Below, piece by piece: positions 58,462 through 64,000 of a stretch of 64,000 nt of DNA. Both the position numbers and the translations under genes were made by a program. Location: assembly GCA_963693095.2 (NCBI GenBank), contig OY843768.1:1760001-1824000 (forward strand), in the 5' to 3' direction. The notes beneath the pieces were generated by a model. That model was not told the origin of the DNA. It saw only the letters and a list, made by a program, of their open reading frames with translations, and did no database searches. Each line of letters begins with the position of its first letter. Position 1 is the first letter of the stretch. Origin of the DNA: Cenarchaeum sp. (GTDB taxonomy: Archaea > Thermoproteota > Nitrososphaeria > Nitrososphaerales > Nitrosopumilaceae).

Positions 58462-59733
58462 ATGTGGGACTATTGGTTTGATGAGCCACACGGCGGATGC
58501 GGGCCTGACTGCGCCTCGCCGCTGCACAGGGTCTATGCGGCATACATGGACTCGCCATCGCTTCAAAAGCCGCCAACAGAGCTTGACAGGACACTCGCCC
58601 ACATGTTTGAGCTTCGCCTCCTCCTAGACATTGTCCTAGACGACACAAGGCACCTTATGTTGACCACGTCTGATCAGGATCACCACCTGATCAAGTCGAG
58701 ATTCCAGTACATGGCCCTTGACTTTCACAAGTTTGACAAATTGCATGGCCTTCTAGCCAACCAGCTTGATGAGGAGCAGAGAGCCTCCATATCACACCTG
58801 TCTCCAATTTTAGACAAGGTACGTGAACTCACGTCTGATATGCCAAACCTGCGCCATAATGTTGTGCGTCCCGGCAGTGGACTGTTTGGGGTTCTGGACA
58901 CGCTCGATGCCAATGGCCTTCCGATAAAATGCGCCTCAGAGAACTCGTTTCTCGTTTGCGCCCACCTGATCAACACATTCATTGACGGACTATTGCACGC
59001 AATGCCTAACTTGTTCTGTTTTGCCTTCTCCAAGCTCGACCCAAACGACATTTCTGTCGAGCTGTATGACTATGGATCGTTTCAGGACAAGGTATCCTCA
59101 TACTTGAAAAAGAACCCTATACACTGTATTGACTTTGACAGTGTGGGTGCTGCCGCACCCCCCATCGCCTCAGAGATGATCAGGCTGGGCTGGGCACTCC
59201 CGGCAATTCTTGGCATGCATCAACTAACCATCCTTCTTCAGAGCGTACCCCATAAAATGTCACAGTTGTGGATCAAGCTCCAGCACCAACGAATCACGCT
59301 TTATGCCAAGCATATGGCCATAGAGCTCCATGTCCTTATTGCCCTGTATGACAAAATGTGCGCGGCAGGCCACACTTCACTGACAGATGACGCGATTGTC
59401 AAGGATCTCCTGGCTCACAGGGATGCCATTGGGCGGCTCCGGGACATGGCAGTGCTCCAGAACGGCGATGCGGGCAGTGGGCAGTTCTCTGAGGCACTTG
59501 AGCGAGATATTGGCCATGGGCGGCTCCTTCTCCTGGCCTCAGTCGCCTCAGAGTGGGCACGGAGCAGCGCCAACCATTATCGGGAGATGTGCAAGGGGTC
59601 TGCGCAGATACCCGACCTGCCTGACCCCGTTCGCCGGCTTGACTTTCTGGCCGCCGAGCGTGACGCTGCTCTATATCGCGTGAGGGCGCACAATGCGCTT
59701 GAGCGCCTCAAGATTCCGGCTATGGTCAGCTAG
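58462..59733 (+). CDS. MWDYW-family unknown protein, paralogue 4
   Basis: 423 aa; about 26 aa differences from paralogue 3 (manual count). Confidence 0.88.
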   Translation: MWDYWFDEPHGGCGPDCASPLHRVYAAYMDSPSLQKPPTELDRTLAHMFELRLLLDIVLDDTRHLMLTTSDQDHHLIKSRFQYMALDFHKFDKLHGLLANQLDEEQRASISHLSPILDKVRELTSDMPNLRHNVVRPGSGLFGVLDTLDANGLPIKCASENSFLVCAHLINTFIDGLLHAMPNLFCFAFSKLDPNDISVELYDYGSFQDKVSSYLKKNPIHCIDFDSVGAAAPPIASEMIRLGWALPAILGMHQLTILLQSVPHKMSQLWIKLQHQRITLYAKHMAIELHVLIALYDKMCAAGHTSLTDDAIVKDLLAHRDAIGRLRDMAVLQNGDAGSGQFSEALERDIGHGRLLLLASVASEWARSSANHYREMCKGSAQIPDLPDPVRRLDFLAAERDAALYRVRAHNALERLKIPAMVS

Positions 59734-59798
59734 CGGCCAGGGTCACCGCACACGTGAAACGCCATGACTTTTTAGCCACTGTCGCCACACGCGCCACC

Positions 59799-62285
59799 GT
59801 GATCGCGCGCTGGCTGTGCATTCTCCCCGTGGCAGTAGCCGTCATGCTGCTCGCCGCTCTCCCCCCAGACGCTGACGCCGAGTCCACGAGGCTCACGCTC
59901 GACTCTGTCCCGCGCCTAGTCGTCGGCGAGTATGCGACGTTTACTGGCTCACTCGAGGACTCTTCAGGCTGGCCTGTGGGCGGCGCGACAATTGACATAA
60001 AGGATGATGATCCATGGCTAGATGACTATATCGCAACTGTTCGCACCGGCTCGGACGGGCGATTTTCTGCAAAGGTGGTCGTAAAAGACTGGGACGAGCA
60101 CGGGGGCGCAACTGACATTTACGCCGTCTTTGAGGGCGCAGGCGGGTTTTCAAAGTCGCGCAGCGCGACGCAGGAGGCACACGTGCGTTCAGGCGGCTCA
60201 CATGCTGACGCGTACGCGTCTCCCAGAAAATCGTCGACTTTTCTCACGCTGGGCTCGAGCTCTGACTCTGTCTATGCGGGTGACACGATAACGTTCTATG
60301 GCCAGCTTCACGCTGCCGGCAGTCCGGTCCAGGGCGTGACTGTGCATATCAAGGAGGACGATCCCTTTTTGCGTGATGAGCTCCTCGCGACTGCGACTAC
60401 TGACGATCGTGGGAGGTACTCTGTGGCCTGGCGCGCGACTGCGGCAACGCTAGAGATTGACTTTGACGTCTATGCCGTCTTTGAGGGCTCTGCGGACCAC
60501 CAGCGCTCGACATCATCTGTGCTCACGCTTCCGGTCATAAAGCACTCTGGCAAGATCACGCTCAACCCGCTCCCGCAGAACGTCCGCGTCGGCGAGTTTG
60601 TCACCTTTTCAGGACACCTGGTCCTTCCGGGCGTCGAGACTACCAACATAATCGTGTATGTCATGGACGAGGATGCGCTCAACCCCGACGACCTCCTGGC
60701 CACGGCATATGTGGATCGTGACGGGGCGTACGCGGTGTCGTGGACCGCGCGCGATGTCGACGCAGACGGGATTGCCGATATCTATGCCGTCTTTGAGGGT
60801 GATGACACGCACTATCGCCTGACGACGTGCGATGACGGGCCCACGCGCTTCTTTGGCGGGTCGTGCCGCGACACGGCAGACCTTGCGATCCTGCCGGCCC
60901 GCCAGCACGTCCCGCCGGGGCCTCCGGGGGACGGGTATGTGGATCTAGACTATTCGATCTCCTTTACGGGCAGGCCGACGGTGGCCATCTCGCCTAGCCC
61001 CGACTCTTACGAGACGGTTCGCCGCCATATCGTTCCGGCCCGGGAAGGCCTAGAGATGCTCTCGGCCGAGCTTGCCTCAAGGCATGGTGGTGACTGGCGC
61101 CTAGATTACGAGATCCTTGAAAAGGGCAAATGGAGAGCCGACTCGCGCGCAGATATCGTGGTCAATATCATCACGGGCCATGAGAGCCGCGACTGCAACG
61201 AGTCCTTTGGGTGGGCGCCGGGCGCTCCCGAGTCGCTTCCGATCCAGCTCCATGTCTGCTCGACGTATGGGCAGGAGGTTCGGCGCGACGCTGATGTGAT
61301 GCGGACCACGACGCACGAGTTTATCCATGGCGTGGGACTGGGCCATGTCTTTAACATACGCGGCGACATGATGTGCAGCGTCGAGAATGGGCGCGCGACG
61401 TGCCCCGGCCTGGATGACAGGGAGCCGCGCCCCTCGGGCCTCGTTCTTGACGCGCTGGCCTCAGTCTACGGGCGCGACGGGTATGTGGTGCCCAACAGTG
61501 GCGTCACTGCGGAATACTTTGCCCCCGATGATGCGCGCCTATTGGCCGCACAGGACGTGACCGGGGCGCCTGTGCGGGATCCTGGTGAAGGCAGGTTTGT
61601 CCTTGCAGCCGTGCCGACGCTCACATTTGCGGCCCATGCGTCTTATGTCGAGAACATGGGATATTTTGACGCCGAGGTCGAGTTTCTGAACGAGACGTTT
61701 GCCATCCCGCATGACATTATCGTGCGCCTGCAAGAGTGCGGCGAGTCGCTCTCTGCATATGATGCCGAGCTGAGCATGATTCGCGTATGCTATGAGCGCG
61801 TGGCCGCCTATGTGAACGCGGCACAGGGCCTGGGGTATGGTGATGATGACACGTACTCGTATGTGCTCAACAATCTCGACTATGCGCTATACCAGGGCCT
61901 GGGCCATGCCATGGCCGACGTGCATGGCTTGTCAAGCTCGGAGCATGATGACCACATGGCCGACGGCTTTGCCTCTTATGTCATGCTCACGTTTCATGAC
62001 GATCTCAGTGTTGGGCAGGACAAGCTGTATGATGCGGCCACGCAGCTCTATGTGCAGTCCGGTCCGGACCACGGGACTGCTGCGTCTCGCGCGCACGACC
62101 TCAACCGCTTTCACCGGCTCACGTGCTATGCGTACGGGCAGGACACGTCGGCCCACGCGTACCTTGTGACCGAAGGGTGGCTTCCTACTAGGCTGGCCGG
62201 CTCTTGTGCCTCGATGCATGACCTGTTGGTTGCGGCGTGGGATTCCAAGCTGGATGGGCATATGCGTGACGCGTCACGATCCTGA
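59799..62285 (+). CDS. Secreted protein: three Ig-like repeats + metzincin metalloprotease + degenerate DUF4344-like domain
   Basis: Signal peptide ending ADA; three TF.G.L..DD..AT..D(I/V)YAVFEG repeats; HEFIHGVGLGH with Met-turn; GTG 59799 is 25 nt after a TTTTTA box. Confidence 0.8.
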   Translation: MIARWLCILPVAVAVMLLAALPPDADAESTRLTLDSVPRLVVGEYATFTGSLEDSSGWPVGGATIDIKDDDPWLDDYIATVRTGSDGRFSAKVVVKDWDEHGGATDIYAVFEGAGGFSKSRSATQEAHVRSGGSHADAYASPRKSSTFLTLGSSSDSVYAGDTITFYGQLHAAGSPVQGVTVHIKEDDPFLRDELLATATTDDRGRYSVAWRATAATLEIDFDVYAVFEGSADHQRSTSSVLTLPVIKHSGKITLNPLPQNVRVGEFVTFSGHLVLPGVETTNIIVYVMDEDALNPDDLLATAYVDRDGAYAVSWTARDVDADGIADIYAVFEGDDTHYRLTTCDDGPTRFFGGSCRDTADLAILPARQHVPPGPPGDGYVDLDYSISFTGRPTVAISPSPDSYETVRRHIVPAREGLEMLSAELASRHGGDWRLDYEILEKGKWRADSRADIVVNIITGHESRDCNESFGWAPGAPESLPIQLHVCSTYGQEVRRDADVMRTTTHEFIHGVGLGHVFNIRGDMMCSVENGRATCPGLDDREPRPSGLVLDALASVYGRDGYVVPNSGVTAEYFAPDDARLLAAQDVTGAPVRDPGEGRFVLAAVPTLTFAAHASYVENMGYFDAEVEFLNETFAIPHDIIVRLQECGESLSAYDAELSMIRVCYERVAAYVNAAQGLGYGDDDTYSYVLNNLDYALYQGLGHAMADVHGLSSSEHDDHMADGFASYVMLTFHDDLSVGQDKLYDAATQLYVQSGPDHGTAASRAHDLNRFHRLTCYAYGQDTSAHAYLVTEGWLPTRLAGSCASMHDLLVAAWDSKLDGHMRDASRS

Positions 62286-62450
62286 TAATTCTAGCGTGAT
62301 TTCACTTTATGCGGTTGGGGTTTGGCATTATGGCCTTGATTCACAAAGTTTGTTCGTCACCATTGCCATACTCACTACCTTGCACCATTCGATTTTCCTA
62401 TTGGTTGCACAAGCTGTAGATGTTGTTTTGATTGAATAATGCTTGTGACA

Positions 62451-63353
62451 CTATCGTGAGCTTAGTCTCTCAAAATAATCGTTATTTACTCTCTTTCTCT
62501 TGTAGGTTTCTTCCTCGCTTACGCCCACATCGTGCTCGATCATGAGATCTATTAACTCGTTCCCATTAATAAGCTCTATCCTTTTTTCACTGTCTTTTGC
62601 TGCGTTCCTTGCCTCGGCTGTAAAATCTGATAATGTTACAAATACACCACGGCTTGCTTTCTTTCCACTTAGTGCTCCTGCAAAACTCCTGACTTGTTCT
62701 GGTCCGATCTTTCCCTTGCTAAATTGTTTGACCTGACAATATGTTGCATCTAATCCCAGTTTGTCACGTTTAATTTCTATGTCCACTCCTCCATCGTTAG
62801 ATCTTCCGACTCTAGTCACATCACCATAACCTAATTTTTTAAAGACGTCACCGACTATTGTTTCAAAATTTGTGGACGTAATGCTCTTATTTGTCATTTT
62901 CTCTCGCAAATCATTCACTAGTATTTTGTGCAGCTGGTCAATTTTTTGTCTAATAAGTTCTGCCGGTGTTTGTTTTGATTTTGGAAATTCAGGCTCATCA
63001 TCTTTTATGATTTTAGGATATTTTTTGAGAAATTTCAATTCAAGCTTCTTGGGTGGATTATCCAACAGCTTTTTTCCAATATCTGTAATTTTGAATTTGG
63101 TTGTTCTCGCCTCGATTAGCTTGTGATTTTTGAGGTGATATTTTGCCCATGTCAGACGATGGTATAAAATCCGCTGTCCGTTGGCTGTGGTGGCTGTGCG
63201 TTCTTCTCCCCCAATCCCCATCTCTCCGACTAGTGCTTTCTCCACTTCAGAATATTTGTACTCTCTTCCGCCCTTGATGATTATTAGAACAGGCAACATC
63301 ATATCTTCAAATGTGGGCATATTGGAATCCAACACCGCCGCCCCACTTGACAC
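62451..63353 (-). CDS. mrr: Mrr-family type IV restriction endonuclease
   Basis: PTF..M.PVL, RL.WA..L, FE..V, DGGVD, QVK, VR.FAGAL, GVFVT.S.FT; start may be 63332 or 63320. Confidence 0.9.
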   Translation of the reverse strand: MSSGAAVLDSNMPTFEDMMLPVLIIIKGGREYKYSEVEKALVGEMGIGGEERTATTANGQRILYHRLTWAKYHLKNHKLIEARTTKFKITDIGKKLLDNPPKKLELKFLKKYPKIIKDDEPEFPKSKQTPAELIRQKIDQLHKILVNDLREKMTNKSITSTNFETIVGDVFKKLGYGDVTRVGRSNDGGVDIEIKRDKLGLDATYCQVKQFSKGKIGPEQVRSFAGALSGKKASRGVFVTLSDFTAEARNAAKDSEKRIELINGNELIDLMIEHDVGVSEEETYKRKRVNNDYFERLSSR

Positions 63354-63556
63354 CGGTATATATTTTGAGCATTTCTTGGCATCGTTCTGTCACCCGTATC
63401 GGGTCTGGTACTGTTGATCTCTTCTGTGCTACGCAGCCGCAACACGCCGATTATACTGGGAATACTTGGATAGATTATACAAATCGACCGGATGGGCACC
63501 TATGAGCACACTGCCGAACATCAGGACTTTTTAGTTACCCCGCCGCGCCCATCGAC

Positions 63557-64000
63557 GTGATCGCGCGCTGGTTAGGCATTATTCCCACGGTAATGTCAAT
63601 CGTGCTCTTCACCATTGTCCCCATGGAGGCTGACGCCGAGTCTACGAGCCTCCGCCTCGACCCAGTCCCACGCCTTGCAATCGGCGAGTATGCGACGTTT
63701 ACGGGATCACTTGTGGACTCATCGGGCAGGCCAGTGGCCGGTGCCGAGATTGACATAAAGGATGACGACTTTGGGCCAGATGACTATATCGCAACCGTTC
63801 GCACCGGCTCGGACGGCCGCTTTTCGGCCAGGGTTGTCGTGAAAGACTGGGATCAGTGGGGAGGCGCGACTGACATTTACGCAGTATTTGAGGGCGCAAG
63901 CGGGTTTTCAAAGTCGCGTAGCGCAACGCAGGAGGCATACGTAAGTTCACACGGCACCGGAGGATCGTCCGGAGGGTCACCATCTGGGGGATACTATTCA
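63557..64000 (+). CDS. Second secreted Ig-repeat protein (paralogue of 59799), truncated by the window end
   Basis: GTG-IARWLGIIP..EADAESTSLRLDPVPRLAIGEYATFTGSL..DIYAVFEG; open to 64000; absent from the ORF track. Confidence 0.88.
   Translation, partial: MIARWLGIIPTVMSIVLFTIVPMEADAESTSLRLDPVPRLAIGEYATFTGSLVDSSGRPVAGAEIDIKDDDFGPDDYIATVRTGSDGRFSARVVVKDWDQWGGATDIYAVFEGASGFSKSRSATQEAYVSSHGTGGSSGGSPSGGYYS

Noticed and set aside
57088-59733. Paralogues 3 and 4 as a diversity-generating retroelement TR/VR pair
   Set aside because: Both are full ORFs, differences are not adenine-specific, and no reverse transcriptase is present in the window.

Overview
GC-rich archaeal chromosome segment. Gene content and order (egsA, psmB-aCPSF1, archaeal pantoate kinase/PPS/panB/coaBC, archaeal CCA enzyme, A-type ATPase subunit C, solo Cas4-like nuclease) point to an ammonia-oxidising Nitrososphaerota (Nitrosopumilaceae/Cenarchaeum-like); this is inferred from gene content only. 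The housekeeping backbone is broken by three lower-GC accessory islets. (1) ~18.9-23.5 kb: a DUF3800-type gene split by an IS630 element and surrounded by six antisense copies of a ~75-nt structured element, each with its own TATA-like box and with compensatory base changes, plus a PD-(D/E)xK nuclease-like gene. This is the best candidate for an undescribed protein-ncRNA system. (2) ~30.6-35.9 kb: a 17x8-bp microsatellite in a small ORF ahead of a type IIG restriction-modification gene whose 5' end is hit by a second IS630. (3) ~48.4-64 kb: a GmrSD gene split by a third IS630 with a G11 tract in its promoter, five paralogues of an unknown ~420-aa internally duplicated protein (each preceded by a short leader ORF), a HEPN-motif ORF, two paralogous surface-protein genes (the complete one a metalloprotease) and an Mrr endonuclease. 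Also present: tRNA-Val(GAC), tRNA-Arg(CCT) with a D-arm intron, several candidate structured RNAs and a 36-aa membrane microprotein. All family calls are from motif recognition by eye; no database search was run.
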